Position numbers and translations under genes: made by a program. DNA of 64,000 nucleotides from the sequence record PV158447.1. One strand, written 5' to 3'. Shown piece after piece: positions 47,799 to 59,800 of this stretch (its first letter is position 1; each line of letters starts with the position of its first letter). The notes under the pieces were generated by a model. The model did not search any database. It worked only from the letters and a program-made list of their open reading frames with translations, and was not told the origin of the DNA.

Positions 47799-50700
47799 TT
47801 AATTGGTATTGACTCCAGGTGCGGTTTTGCTAGACAGATGTCCATTAATCATATCCAGAAGCCCAACTGCTTGACCCAACAGTTGTTTAACTCCCTCATC
47901 ACTTACATCAATTGTCCCCTTAGGTAGGGTAACAGTTGTTGTAATATCCTTCGGTTTAACCGGGGGAACTGGTTGTGGAAGTTGAACCGTTGGTGTTTTG
48001 GTGGTTGTGGTGTCGGAAGCGGCTTTCTCAGTTGCTTTCTGCTTCTGAGCGGTTTGTTTCACTTCCTGAACACGTTCAGTTTCGGTTCGGGTCGGAGACC
48101 CCAGCCCGTTACTAGCACCAGTTGTGGCTGGTTTAGGTTCCTGAATGGTCTTGGTACTGTCTGCTGCATTCAGAGCATTATCTACCTGGGCTTTCTTACT
48201 GGATTGGTTTTCTCCAGAAATCTTGCTCGGTTCAACGTTCTGATCAGCTGCCGCCGGAATGGGATCAGGTTGAGCTCCGTACGGATCTGCTGAAACATCT
48301 CCCACTGGGACTTGAATGTCTCCATTGTTCAGTTTGTTCAAATAGTCCTGGTAGAACTTACGGCGAGTGTCAGTATCAGGAACGGCATTACCTCCATTAA
48401 TGCCGCGAGCGGCAGTTTCAAAGTTACCTGTTTTCCCAATGTCCATCATCGCCTTGTTGCTCTTCAGGAACCGAACAGCAGATTCTGCCATGATCTTCGG
48501 ATCTTCAGATACCAACTCGGGATTCTTCACCACGTCGACGTCGAGTTCGTTCGCTAGACGTTTGTAGTTATCTTTACCAGTCAGCTGGAAGAAACCACGT
48601 CCACGATACAACCAACCGTCTTCTGGTTTCTCGTTACCCAGAGTAGGGCCTTTTGGAGCACGGCCGTAGACATACATCGCTCGTTCAGGAGCCGGCATGG
48701 CGGCGACTTTCTGGGCGGTAGCCATATCCGGAATGTTTCGGAAATACTTCTTGAGAGTAGGGGCGGACCAGTTGGTATTCTCAACTGTGTTCTGATAGTC
48801 CCCAGTTTCTTTCCGTGCCATCGCCAACCCGAGAGCCAACTGTTTCTTGTCCGTGATTCCGTGTTTCAGCATGGTGTTCAACATGAGTCGTTCACCGTCT
48901 TGGAGAGATAGTTTAACACCATTATCTTCCCCTGCCTTCTTCAGAATCTCCGGATTGTAGTTGGAGTTGTAACCTCCCTCAAATTGACCACCTGGTCCCA
49001 TGTCAGACCAGTTACTTCCTTGCTGACCATAAGCATTTGGCATCCCACCGGCACCAAAACTCATTCCTGACCCACCACCACCTACTCCAACGTTCCCAGC
49101 AGAAGCTTGACGTTGAGTTCCCCAAGCACGATTGAATGCAGAGTTAATTGCATCGGTCCGTTGTTTCTTCTGAACAGAATCTTGGAGAGCCTGAGTTTTA
49201 ACACTCTTACTCTTTTGTTCTTCCAGATCGGGATCTTTCAATCTTGCTTCTGAAGCTTTGCTGTCCAACATGGTTAAGTAGCGTTCAGCTCGACCAGAGA
49301 CAGTACCTGACTTGGAGGAAGGGAAGGGTGACGCTTCAACTTCCCAAACGGAAATGTCTTCACCATCTTTCTCTACCCTAACCGAGGTTAGTTCCCGAGC
49401 CACTTCTACCTTGTTGGTTGCGGAGAGAGCTTGCCAGGCTTTCGCAGGTTTAGCATTACGGAGTTCGTGAACCAACTGAACGTAACGTTTCAAGATAGGA
49501 AGGAAACGGTTGTTAAACCAATCCATCCAGTTCCCTTCTGCCAACGGTTTCTCAATACGGAACATCGGTTTAAAGAGTTCCAGAACCCGACTAGCACTAC
49601 CAGAGAACTTCATCTCAGAACCAGTGGGGTCAATCAGTGCCTCGCAGTAACGTTCCAGCCTAAGCACCGCGTCCACTCGCCACGGCATGTTATCCACGTT
49701 ACCGTAGGCAGCAAGACGAGCAAAAGTGAAGGGATCAATTGGTGTGTCGTTATTCTTGTGCATATCAGAGATGTCAATTTGTTTCACTTCCTCTGGGGAC
49801 TTGAACTTCTTATCAATCTGTTCCTGATACATCTTCGCACTGCTATCACCAAGGAGATCTTGGAAGAAACCAGCAACACCAGTTTTCTTAGGTTCGTTTT
49901 CACCCAGGGCTTTACTCCGGGACTCTTCAGCAGTTAGAAGAGTGAGATCAGCTTCTGGTTTCTTACGTTCCTTCCGCATTTCAGTTAACAACTCGTTCAC
50001 TCGACGCTGGGTTTGGATCTCGGTCATGATCGGAGTGTCAGGAGAGATTTGAACTTGGATAGATAATGGATTAGGATCCATCGTCACCAAGCTACCCTGG
50101 AGTCGTTCACAAACCTGGAGAGATTCCCAGTTAGAGTTCGAGTCGAAATCATTGAGATCCCCGAAACGGCCAATGGATGTCGCTGCATTGTAAAGAAGGA
50201 ATACGGATTTGAAGCGAGCCACAAACCACGTCTTCACCTGATCTTGCAATTCAGGTCCAAGAGAAGCACCGAACTGTTTAATCATTTTCATTACCGGAGC
50301 ATCGTCTCTCAGAGAAGCACGATTCCCACGAATCACAACGTATGGAATCAACCACTGCTCCAACTCGTCGATCTTTATCGCCAGAGGACTGTCTACCTTA
50401 TTCAAACCGTATTGAGCGTAACGGATTTGTTTCTGGAGACTAAACGACTTAGCTGGATCACGGGTTAAGGAAACAGGCGCAACAACTCCATCACGTTCGT
50501 CTTCGTAGCGGTTACGATCTTCAACAGACAAGAAACGTTTCCCATCGTCAGACACGATCTCTTTAGAACCGGTTTCATAAAGACCCAGTGCTTGACCAGC
50601 CATCATCGCAACAGAAGTGGGAAGGTAAAAACTCGCCGCCATTTCGGCCGGTGTCAGTGAGGAAGTATTTTCCTCATCCCGTTTTGCTCGTTCTGCTTGA

Positions 50701-53700
50701 CGAAGTGCGTAAGCATCTTCTTGGGCAGTACGTTGTGGACGGTAGAACTCTCCCTCGTTATCCTGCTGAACGGGTTCATCGGAACCAAAGGCATCCATTC
50801 CATACATCGTCCCGCCAGCCAGCATGGCCCCGCCCAGGATCTTACCAGGCATCCCTAATCCACCGATGGCCCGACCTAGTCGACCGAACATCCCCGGTTT
50901 CCCTCTAGGAACTTTCCCACCTGGTTTACCACGACCACCACCAGTCCCAGGGATATCCCCAGCGGCACCTGCAAGATCACCTGCTGCACTTAGCATCTTC
51001 CCACCAGTGAGTACGGAACCCAAACTAGTGAATCCCCACTTCAACATTTTCATGATGGGAGAAGCAATACCCAGAACGCCTGAGAAGAGCATGGAGCCAA
51101 TCTTGGCCAGTCTGCCAACGGAAGCTGTCAGTGTTCCCACCAAAGCACCACCGATCGTTCCAATGGGGTTCTTAATGAGGTTCGTAATGAACCCACCCAT
51201 TCCACCCAAAAGTCCCATCAGTTTCCCGAAGATCCCTTTTTTCTCTTCCGGTTCTTTCTCGTCTCCTCCTTTCAGAGCAGAAGCGATATCCTTGATAGCA
51301 TTGGAGGTATCGGCACGATCTTTCTCTTTGGCTTTGTTCTGTTTATCTGCGAACGAGTTAAGGCGAACACCACCTTCTGCAAGTTCATCCGCCTCCTCGT
51401 CATTTACAGATATGCCAAACTGTTTGGAGAGTAACGCATAGATCTTGTCAAGACGTCGCTCAACACCACCAGACGCACCTGGAGAACGTTTACCTTGTCC
51501 CTCCGGGGTTTCCTCGGAACTATATCCAAAACGTCCCAGAAGTGAATCTGCGAGCTTCTTGGCGATACCCAAACCAGATGACATCAGTTTACTCGCGCCA
51601 GCACCCGTGTTACGGATAACCTGACCTGTTTCAGTTACCAGTCCATCTTCGAACTCTTGCTGGGTAATAACTTCGTCGCCATCTTCATTGTAGACAGCTC
51701 CATCGATTTCATTCCAACCCATGACAGGTTCGAACTTACCGTTATTATCTTTCCAGTACTCGTGGTTCTTAAATCCAGTTGCTGTTAAACGAGGACGTTT
51801 GGTATTGCTTTTCACGTACACGTTCTGCTGGTAAATGAGTTCCTTACCAAACTGAGCAAAAGCTTTCATTTTCCCAACTGGGTCAACAAAGTTATAAGCA
51901 CCAAGAGCAAGTTCCTTGGCTTTGGTCAAACCAGAGAGAACAACCTCACGACCATCTGGACCAAAGATCTTTTTGGCCAGATCTTTGACCCCAATAGTGG
52001 CCTTGGTAACAGCATCGAAAATAGGACCACGAATGTCACGCCAGGTTTTGATGATGCGCTTGGTAATAGCGTCAAAGTAGTGACCCGCTTTCAACTTGGC
52101 GGATTCAAGGATTGCTTCCCCGTTCTCATCCAGGACGTCTTCATCGTCATTTGGTTCTTGACCTGAACCCATTTGGACAGCGGTTCTGGAGAAGTGTTGG
52201 TAAACCCCACCTACAAGAGCACCGCCGGCAATTGTCGCTGCGGCGAGCAATGGGTTCTCAACGAAACTCGCACCAAGGGTGCCGATTAAAGAACCGAGTA
52301 CCATAGGTTGGTTCTTCATCAGGATATCCATCCCACGACCTAACAAGTTAGTCGGGAGGAGACCTTTGATCTTGCTCATGAAAGAACTGGTCGCTTTCTC
52401 TTCAGCACGTTCTTCATTAACTGTTTTAGCGCCAGTGAGAATCTGACCTTTCTCAGCAAGTTCCACCAGCCTGGTCATCAGAGTTTCAATACCAGTGGTG
52501 CTACCCGCAATACCAGCCAAAGAACTTTCCAACTTCTCGAAACTAGGAAGAGGACTTGCTCGCTGAGAGAAATCATTCTCTTTCAAAACGCCTGAGAGTC
52601 CCGAGATACTCTCATTGAGCTCTTCCAGACCCTTGATGCCCAACGTACCGCCGGAACCACCAGAGGGTGTTTTAGGGCCCTTAGGAAGGACAAAGGAAGT
52701 GGGTGCAGGACCATCCCCTCTGTTAATCCCGCCTTTGAGGATTGGATTGTTAGGATTGTCCATGAACTGACCGATGCGTTCGTGGAATATTTCCATGTTG
52801 ACTTTGTCAGCACCATTCTCGGTATAGATCACTCCCAGGTCTCGGAGCATCTGTTCATTACCAGTTGAACGAAGCAAGTCAATCCGTTCAGCAACATTAG
52901 GGAACAATGTCTTCAGGTTAGCCGCAGCAGCACCTGCTTTATTCAAACGAACGTTAGCTTCTTCTGAACCCATGTCGGTCATAACACGCATTTTGTCGAT
53001 AGCGGTACCATTCTTGAACCGATCGATAGACTCATCTGTCACGTTGAAGTGACGTTTCATCAGCGCGTTGATTTCTTTACTGGCGGTTGGGGAAACACCG
53101 GGAATCTCTCCAACATAAAGGAATGGTGAGAAACCTTTCTCTTTATCCACATCACGAGCGATAGCCTGAGCAAAGGCTTTACGAGTACTCTGACTAAGAC
53201 GTTTCTCTGGATCGAAAGAATCGACCATCTCAAGTGCGGCAGAAGAGAACCGGGAGAAATCAGAATACGGCATCAAATCAGCTTGTACCGAAATGGCTTT
53301 ATTCCCTTGATCCATGAACTGACCACGCATGTAGGAATAGCTGATCTGATCTTTCATTTCCCCAGTGCGGAGACCTTCCACACTCTGGTGGATGGAACTC
53401 AACAAACCTGGCAACACTTCGTTCAGTGTAATGTTGTTCATCTCCTTCCAGATACCTGGTTGGTTCAGATCTTTCACATTACGTTTAGAGATCGTGTACT
53501 GCGTTCCTTTCGCCTTTGTCATCTCTGACATGAATTGGTTAATGGAACTCTTCCCACGGTTCGTGACAGCGTTCTGAACAGTCCAACGCGCTTTGCTGAG
53601 AGGCTGACCTTCCCCTTTGAAGTTATCAAGGTAGTCTTGATAATCCAAATACGGCATCTCATCCAGACTCTCCCAGTTTTCTGCCAGGATGTTAATGAGG

Positions 53701-54917
53701 CCCGTCATGTTGTTAGCGGCATAAGAGGAACGGTTGCCGATGTTACTCAATTTACTGTAACCTTCGGAAAGGCGTTTGGCTTGTTCCGGGTTCTTTTTCG
53801 CTAACTTTTCAATCCATCCTTTACCTGCTCCACGCTCGAAGAAGTAAGGGAGGTTGTTAATTACACTTTCCGCTACGTTCCGACCGATAATGTCTCCGAA
53901 CATCCCTTTGGACATTGGCATGTCTTCCGACATTTCCATCATGTCAACAATGGAGCTCAAGAGGAAGTTAGTTTCTGTATAAGCTTCGTTACGTGCAGAC
54001 TTCCCAAACTTCTCTCGCATCAACCCAGTCAGACCACCTTTACGGTCACCGATGGTGCTGAAGAGTTTATTTCGAGCATAAGCTTTACCGGCAGTGAAAT
54101 GAGAAGTTTTCTCGTAATCACTTTTCCCAGAGTTAATCACAATCTTCTTGAGTTCTGTCACTTCGGTATGAAGTGCTTTCTCCATGAACTTGTAATACTT
54201 GATATCCGCAACGTAAGAACGTGCCATCAAGTTGATCTTACTCTGGTCCATTTTGTATTGGACGTTACGCTGATAGTCAACCAAAGATCGGATGGAGCTT
54301 TCAATTCCCACTAGTTGACGATTACCCGCCATCATGGAGCCATTCAACATGCCGCCAACGGTAGCTGACATCTCATTCAGAGTTTGTCCCAACGCAGAGA
54401 ACATAGAGCTCTGGGATTCCATGGAGTTGCTGATTGCTGCATCTACGTCGTAGTTATTCTCCCGGTCCATCTCTGGCATGGAATCGCGATTCGAACTGGA
54501 ACTATCTTCCCAGTGGGAGAAATCTTTCTGGGAGAACTCCGACATTCCTTCAGACACAAAACCTGGGAGTTTCCCTTCCATTTTGGTGGAGAGCTTGCCA
54601 GCTATGTTTTGTAGGTATTTAACGGACTCAACGTTCTGTTTTTGGAAGTCTTCTTTGATCTCGTCCAGTTTTTCACTGGCCCAAGAAACTTTATCGAGTG
54701 CATTACTGAAACTAGAAGGAAGTACTGTTCGGAGTGTTCTCATTCGAGCAGAACTGCTTCCCACTGTTTCATCAACCAAGCCGGAAAGGAAACCGGAGGT
54801 CGCACCTCCAATAAACCCTTTATTGGCAAATGGATCCATATCAAAATCCATGTCGAGATCAAAATCCCCACCAAAGGGATCATCCCAATCCAGATCAAAA
54901 TCGTCTTTAGACGCCAT
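47799..54917 (-). CDS. Giant tail (tape-measure-like) protein with C-terminal GH19-type lysozyme (phiKZ gp181-like, 2372 aa)
   Basis: DDFDLDWDDPF N-terminus; Gly-rich hydrophobic stretches; KETG...DGWLYRGRGFFQLTGKDNY...INGG. Confidence 0.85.
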   Translation of the reverse strand: MASKDDFDLDWDDPFGGDFDLDMDFDMDPFANKGFIGGATSGFLSGLVDETVGSSSARMRTLRTVLPSSFSNALDKVSWASEKLDEIKEDFQKQNVESVKYLQNIAGKLSTKMEGKLPGFVSEGMSEFSQKDFSHWEDSSSSNRDSMPEMDRENNYDVDAAISNSMESQSSMFSALGQTLNEMSATVGGMLNGSMMAGNRQLVGIESSIRSLVDYQRNVQYKMDQSKINLMARSYVADIKYYKFMEKALHTEVTELKKIVINSGKSDYEKTSHFTAGKAYARNKLFSTIGDRKGGLTGLMREKFGKSARNEAYTETNFLLSSIVDMMEMSEDMPMSKGMFGDIIGRNVAESVINNLPYFFERGAGKGWIEKLAKKNPEQAKRLSEGYSKLSNIGNRSSYAANNMTGLINILAENWESLDEMPYLDYQDYLDNFKGEGQPLSKARWTVQNAVTNRGKSSINQFMSEMTKAKGTQYTISKRNVKDLNQPGIWKEMNNITLNEVLPGLLSSIHQSVEGLRTGEMKDQISYSYMRGQFMDQGNKAISVQADLMPYSDFSRFSSAALEMVDSFDPEKRLSQSTRKAFAQAIARDVDKEKGFSPFLYVGEIPGVSPTASKEINALMKRHFNVTDESIDRFKNGTAIDKMRVMTDMGSEEANVRLNKAGAAAANLKTLFPNVAERIDLLRSTGNEQMLRDLGVIYTENGADKVNMEIFHERIGQFMDNPNNPILKGGINRGDGPAPTSFVLPKGPKTPSGGSGGTLGIKGLEELNESISGLSGVLKENDFSQRASPLPSFEKLESSLAGIAGSTTGIETLMTRLVELAEKGQILTGAKTVNEERAEEKATSSFMSKIKGLLPTNLLGRGMDILMKNQPMVLGSLIGTLGASFVENPLLAAATIAGGALVGGVYQHFSRTAVQMGSGQEPNDDEDVLDENGEAILESAKLKAGHYFDAITKRIIKTWRDIRGPIFDAVTKATIGVKDLAKKIFGPDGREVVLSGLTKAKELALGAYNFVDPVGKMKAFAQFGKELIYQQNVYVKSNTKRPRLTATGFKNHEYWKDNNGKFEPVMGWNEIDGAVYNEDGDEVITQQEFEDGLVTETGQVIRNTGAGASKLMSSGLGIAKKLADSLLGRFGYSSEETPEGQGKRSPGASGGVERRLDKIYALLSKQFGISVNDEEADELAEGGVRLNSFADKQNKAKEKDRADTSNAIKDIASALKGGDEKEPEEKKGIFGKLMGLLGGMGGFITNLIKNPIGTIGGALVGTLTASVGRLAKIGSMLFSGVLGIASPIMKMLKWGFTSLGSVLTGGKMLSAAGDLAGAAGDIPGTGGGRGKPGGKVPRGKPGMFGRLGRAIGGLGMPGKILGGAMLAGGTMYGMDAFGSDEPVQQDNEGEFYRPQRTAQEDAYALRQAERAKRDEENTSSLTPAEMAASFYLPTSVAMMAGQALGLYETGSKEIVSDDGKRFLSVEDRNRYEDERDGVVAPVSLTRDPAKSFSLQKQIRYAQYGLNKVDSPLAIKIDELEQWLIPYVVIRGNRASLRDDAPVMKMIKQFGASLGPELQDQVKTWFVARFKSVFLLYNAATSIGRFGDLNDFDSNSNWESLQVCERLQGSLVTMDPNPLSIQVQISPDTPIMTEIQTQRRVNELLTEMRKERKKPEADLTLLTAEESRSKALGENEPKKTGVAGFFQDLLGDSSAKMYQEQIDKKFKSPEEVKQIDISDMHKNNDTPIDPFTFARLAAYGNVDNMPWRVDAVLRLERYCEALIDPTGSEMKFSGSASRVLELFKPMFRIEKPLAEGNWMDWFNNRFLPILKRYVQLVHELRNAKPAKAWQALSATNKVEVARELTSVRVEKDGEDISVWEVEASPFPSSKSGTVSGRAERYLTMLDSKASEARLKDPDLEEQKSKSVKTQALQDSVQKKQRTDAINSAFNRAWGTQRQASAGNVGVGGGGSGMSFGAGGMPNAYGQQGSNWSDMGPGGQFEGGYNSNYNPEILKKAGEDNGVKLSLQDGERLMLNTMLKHGITDKKQLALGLAMARKETGDYQNTVENTNWSAPTLKKYFRNIPDMATAQKVAAMPAPERAMYVYGRAPKGPTLGNEKPEDGWLYRGRGFFQLTGKDNYKRLANELDVDVVKNPELVSEDPKIMAESAVRFLKSNKAMMDIGKTGNFETAARGINGGNAVPDTDTRRKFYQDYLNKLNNGDIQVPVGDVSADPYGAQPDPIPAAADQNVEPSKISGENQSSKKAQVDNALNAADSTKTIQEPKPATTGASNGLGSPTRTETERVQEVKQTAQKQKATEKAASDTTTTKTPTVQLPQPVPPVKPKDITTTVTLPKGTIDVSDEGVKQLLGQAVGLLDMINGHLSSKTAPGVNTN

Positions 54918-54950
54918 TTCTATTTCCTCTCTATTAGGAACCTTAGTGCA

Positions 54951-56826
54951 ATGAAAAGAGACCCAACTAACTTTACGCTGTTAGATCCAGCGAAGTTCAA
55001 ATGGGAGTTAATGACTCCGGTCACCAGCGGTGACACCTTCGAAGGCCAAACGACCAACTTACATCCAGATGGTTTATACTCGACCGAGATTTTCGGTCGG
55101 GTAGGGACGGATGACCGGGACAAAACTGAGTCCTACATCGACACCATTCTTCCTATCTTTAACCCCACGTACTTTAAAGCACTCGTGCAGTTGAAATCTC
55201 TCTACCTTGAAATTATCAAAGGCAGAGCTTTTGCTGTCTGGGATCCTGATAGTCAGGATTTCATAAAATCCAACGTCTTGGATGGCGACACTGGTTTTGC
55301 TTTCTTTATGTCTCACTTTGGGGAATTGGATCCCAAAGAGAATGACTCCTTTAAACGTTCACAGAAAATCCAGTTAACTCAAGAGTTTAAAGATCGGGCT
55401 TTGCATCGTCGGATTCCTGTTTATCCAGCTGGTTTGCGAGATGTCGAGATCGCTCCCAATGGCGCGGTAATAGAGAATGAAGTTAACGATCTATACCGTA
55501 AGCTCTTTTATCGTTCTCGCTCTCTGAACATCAAGAATCCTGATCAACTGGATCCTGTTTACGATAACATCCGGTGGGGTGAACAAGAAGCCCTGAACAA
55601 CATCGATGAATACTTCTTCGGACTGATGGATGGTAAACGTGGATACATGCAACGTCGTTTGGCACGTCGTTCTATTTTCTCCGCGACACGTAACGTCATC
55701 ACTTCTCGAAAAGTATCTGTAGAGGACATGGACGATGCCCAAACGAATGATCCCAACTCTACCATCATTGGTTTATACCAAGCCCTGTTGGGTTACACAC
55801 TGGTTGCTCAACACGAAATCCTTTCTGGGTTCTTGACTTCTGTATTCACCCCAGGTATGAACAGTGCTCGTTTAGTAAACCCCAAGACACTAGAGAGTGA
55901 GTACGTTGAACTGAACTCTCAGATAGTTGATAAATACACGTCGTCCGATGGTGTGGTAAAATTATTTAACGGGTACGGTAACCCGAGTTTGCGTAATCGT
56001 CCGATCCGAATCAAAGGTCATTACCTGGCTTTAGTTTACGATGATGGTGAACGGGTTTGTTTGCTGAATGACGTTAATGATCTTGGGGAAGGACTGGACA
56101 AGAAGTTTGTTCGTCCTGTAACATATACTCAGTTCTTTTACATGCAAGTAGCAAAGGCAATTGAGAAAAAGATGTTACAGATCACTCGTTATCCCATCAC
56201 AGGGATCGGTTCTATTGTGCCGACACGGGTTTTCATTCTTCCCACCAACGCTTCGTCCAGTAAACGTAAACTGATAGACATTGACGGGACTGAATTGGAC
56301 ATGTTCCATTTCTTCCCGGAACACGACGAGAATCCCTCTTATTTTGACGGGATGTCAATTAGCAACATTCGACTTGAAATGGCTGGTGGTGACTTTGACG
56401 GTAAATAGTTGCCGCTTTCTACAGTAATGTAGATTGAAACTGTGCGGAATGAAGCAAGGAGTCCCTCCATTTAGGGAGAACTTGAACCGAAGGCTAGATT
56501 AACGATTTAGTCAGGGGCAGAGCATAGATGGTGAACCCTCTCCATTAAGAGGAATATAATCCATCCACGAGGCCGCACCACCCTACTGGGGTGAAAACGT
56601 ATGCCGATACTTTCAGCAATGGAAGAGTGAAGATAAAAAGCTTCACATTAACATATTGGACCAATTATCAGCCAACGCCATTCAAGCTCAAGATGCTATC
56701 GACGAAGTTTCTACAATGTTTGGTAAACGCATTTTCTACATCTCTGGAGGAGGAGACTTCTTGTACAGCCCAGTACAGGAGCCTCACGAATTCCTGCTCA
56801 GAGCACTAACTAATGGACTCGACTAA
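54951..56826 (+). CDS. Virion RNA polymerase beta' N-terminal subunit (phiKZ gp180-like); exons 54951-56402 and 56659-56826, 539 aa spliced
   Basis: HPDGLYSTEIFG, IPVYPAGLRD, LMDGKRG, ITRYP, and GGDFDG|DQLSANAI restored by splicing; exon 2 stop overlaps the beta ATG. Confidence 0.88.
56403..56658 (+). ncRNA. Group I self-splicing intron (256 nt, no homing endonuclease)
   Basis: Exon 1 ends in U (GACGGT); intron ends in G; IGS GCCG (56411-56414) pairs with exon CGGU including the U.G pair; P7-like GCATA (56522-56526)/TATGC (56600-56604); removal restores DFDGD in frame. Confidence 0.85.
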
Positions 56827-59800
56827 TGTTTACAAAAGAGCAATTAGGTTTTCCGTTAATCGACGGGAGTGAAGCTGGACAATATTCCCAGTTTCTAAAA
56901 GTCTGGGGAACTCGGGAACGTGTCAACGACATTATCAATCCCAAGAACCCACTGATCGGGGATGTCGTCCTTCCCCGAAATTCGGTTATTCATTATCAAC
57001 AACATCATCCTGGTGAGATGGGTCCGAGTAACCAAGCAGCGTTCATTTCCAATTATGATGCCCAGGTTAACATTTATTTCTGGCCAGATTTCGACGCTCC
57101 ACTTGGGGTCGTTAAGAATGTGCTATTCAACTTCACCAAAGAAATCAAGAAGTATGAATCAGGACATTTCAAGTACAAGCGTGCTCGTAACTACCAAACT
57201 GTGATTGGGAAGCCGGGTGAGTTACTGGTGAACAACATGGCTCTGCGCCAAGTTCCAATCACTTATAACCGCCAGACGTTCTTTACTCCATTCCAGAATC
57301 AATATAACGTTCTCCATAACTTGATTACTGCCGTTAACCAGTTTGCTGTTAATGACATCCATCAGTTTGCAGAATTCCGTTTACCTCGGGTATTTCCGTC
57401 TTACACTCGGCTACTTCAAAGCTTCGAGAAATACAAGAGGTTCTTTGATGATAACGGGAACATTACTCGTTATGAGAAAGAAGCCCTCCGAGATTTCCAG
57501 GCAGACCAGAACTATTGGTTCCTGGATCTCTTTGGGATTCTGATCGGTTACGACGAAGCAAAGTACAGTCAGTTTAATAAACTGAGTGAAAAAGCTCGTG
57601 GACAATTGGAGATGATCTTCACCTATGAAGGTAAATGCTGGATCGTCAATCTTCAAACGCTCATTAACCTGCTGAGTAGTGAAGATAAACCGAACGCTAA
57701 AGGTCCCTCTCCTTCGAAGTACAAATACTTCAAACGTTTCTACTTGGCGCTGTTTAACCTTGTTACGCCTATGGTGGAAGAAATAAAGGAACAAACAAGT
57801 GATGAAGAAAGTGAGGGTTCCAAGGAAACCCAAGAAGGAAAAGGAACTGGGACTGTTGGAAAGGGTGATTCGGCAAACAAGGACAAGGTTCCTAGTACTA
57901 ATCCTAATCCTCTTGCTGATGTTTACATCAACACTAACGGGCCTAGCGAAAGCCCTGTTCCTCCTGTACTGGAACAAACCACTGACGGAAGCGGAGATCC
58001 TGAATCTCCAGATGAAATATGGGAACGAGAAGTTGACGACGCAGTCTTCGAATCTGCCACAGTCGAATCTGCCAGCATCACAACAGGGAAGGTAAAGTAC
58101 GGGCCGACAGCCGCGATTGATCGAATCTTGTCTGAGCGGGCCAGGAAGGGTACTCTGACTTCTAAGGAGAAAGAGTACTTTACCAACATCGCTAACTCTT
58201 ACAAAGACATTGAGTTCGGTGGAAAGTCACTGGAAGAAATTATTAACGTCACTCCAGAAGACTTGAAACTGAAAACAGAGCAGCTCGGTCCCGACTCTCC
58301 GATTATTACCGACAACTCTGTCATGCACTCCCGAGTAGCTCAACTGAGTAATCAGTATCGGGAAGAACTTCTGGAACGTGATATCATCTCTTCTCTGGTG
58401 ATGGGTGCACAATCCGGTGGGTTTGCTGTGCTGGACATGGATCGTGAAACCATCATCACCGCTGAATCCAAGTTTGACGTTTACACCATGAAAGTTCAAC
58501 CAATTCCGGAAGGTAGTCAGAGTACTCGTCGTTTCCGGATCCCTCGGGTGGATGAAGACAACACCTTTACTATCGGTGACGTGAAGATGTACGGCCAGAA
58601 AGTACGGATGGAGATTCCTATTCGGAAAATCAGTCGTACTAAGGTCGCGCTAACTTCTTATTACGATAAGAAGATCATGGTAGAGCGTTCCCCTTATCGG
58701 GTTAATAACTTTGGTGAGTGGTTGAAGAGTAACATCATCCAAAAGAGTTACACTGATAAGAGTCTCTCTATTCAGTTGGGTGGTTACACTCCTTCCCAAC
58801 AGAAGGTCTGTTGGTATTACTCTATCCTAGCCAGTCGTTTCAAGCTAATTGAGAATCCTCAAATTCATTTGAACTTCAACACAGATGAACTGATCGGAGA
58901 CAATAAAGATTGGCGTCGTCTTTGTAATGAAGAGACTTGGGTAGTTGGAGTTGAGGATGGTGTTCCTGTTCTGATTGACAACACGGGTTTAATCACTGTT
59001 GATGGTAGTGAACGCGGGTATGTGGAAGAACTGCTGGGACTACCCATGCACAAAGCACCTGTCCCCAACACCACCATGAATATCAACGGTTACAAGTTCC
59101 AGACCATCGTTGTTCTTTCCTACTGGGTTGGTTTCTCTGAGATTATGAAACGTCTCAAACCGACGTTCCGGATTGTGGAGCCTGGTCAGCGAGTCAATTT
59201 GTCTCCCGACGAGTACATGGTTCAGTTCGCTGATGAACGGTTGGTTTTCAACCGTCGTGAACCGTTAGCCACATTGGTGTTCTCTGGTCTGAATAATCTA
59301 CCTGGGATTCGGAACTTCTCCCGAGCTCAGTTGGACGATCCTTCTGTTTGGTTCTCCATTGTGGGTGATAGTAAAGTCAAACCTTCTCACTTTGGTGAAA
59401 TGAGTCAGATGTTCAACCAGTTCATCGATCCGATGACTGCTCGTGAATTGGTTAAATTGAAAGAACCTCAGGTATTGGACCAGCTGATCTTGAGAGCAAT
59501 TGAGATGCTGACCAATAACGAAACTCTTCCCGAGGTTGAGATCACTGAGCAACGCTTGGTTGGCTACGAGCGTTTTGCAGGGCATGTTTATCGCGAATAC
59601 GTGAAGTCTACTCGTCAGTTCCGGAACAAACCCGGTGGTGTGAAGAAGACCTTCGACCTGAACCCTGAATCGATCATGATGAACATTCTGACGGATTCTT
59701 CTTTCCAAAGTGTCGAGGAAGTAAACCCTGTTCACCAAGTCAAACAGGAAGAAGAAGTCACGTTCGGCGGTTCGTTTGGTCGTAGTGATCAAGCAATGGT

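Noticed and set aside
54642-54950. ORF-track N-terminal extension of beta'
   Set aside because: Overlaps the start of the 2372-aa gene on the opposite strand; ATG at 54951 has a TTAGGA SD and RNAP-like sequence begins there
56632-56658. Alternative 3' splice site giving DFDG-DKKLHINILDQ
   Set aside because: That GAT is preceded by A rather than the required terminal G, and the TTG|GAC site gives the better DFDGDQ match
56591-56809. 72-aa ORF as a possible intron-encoded endonuclease
   Set aside because: Too short, no HNH/GIY-YIG/LAGLIDADG motif, and it overlaps exon 2 out of frame
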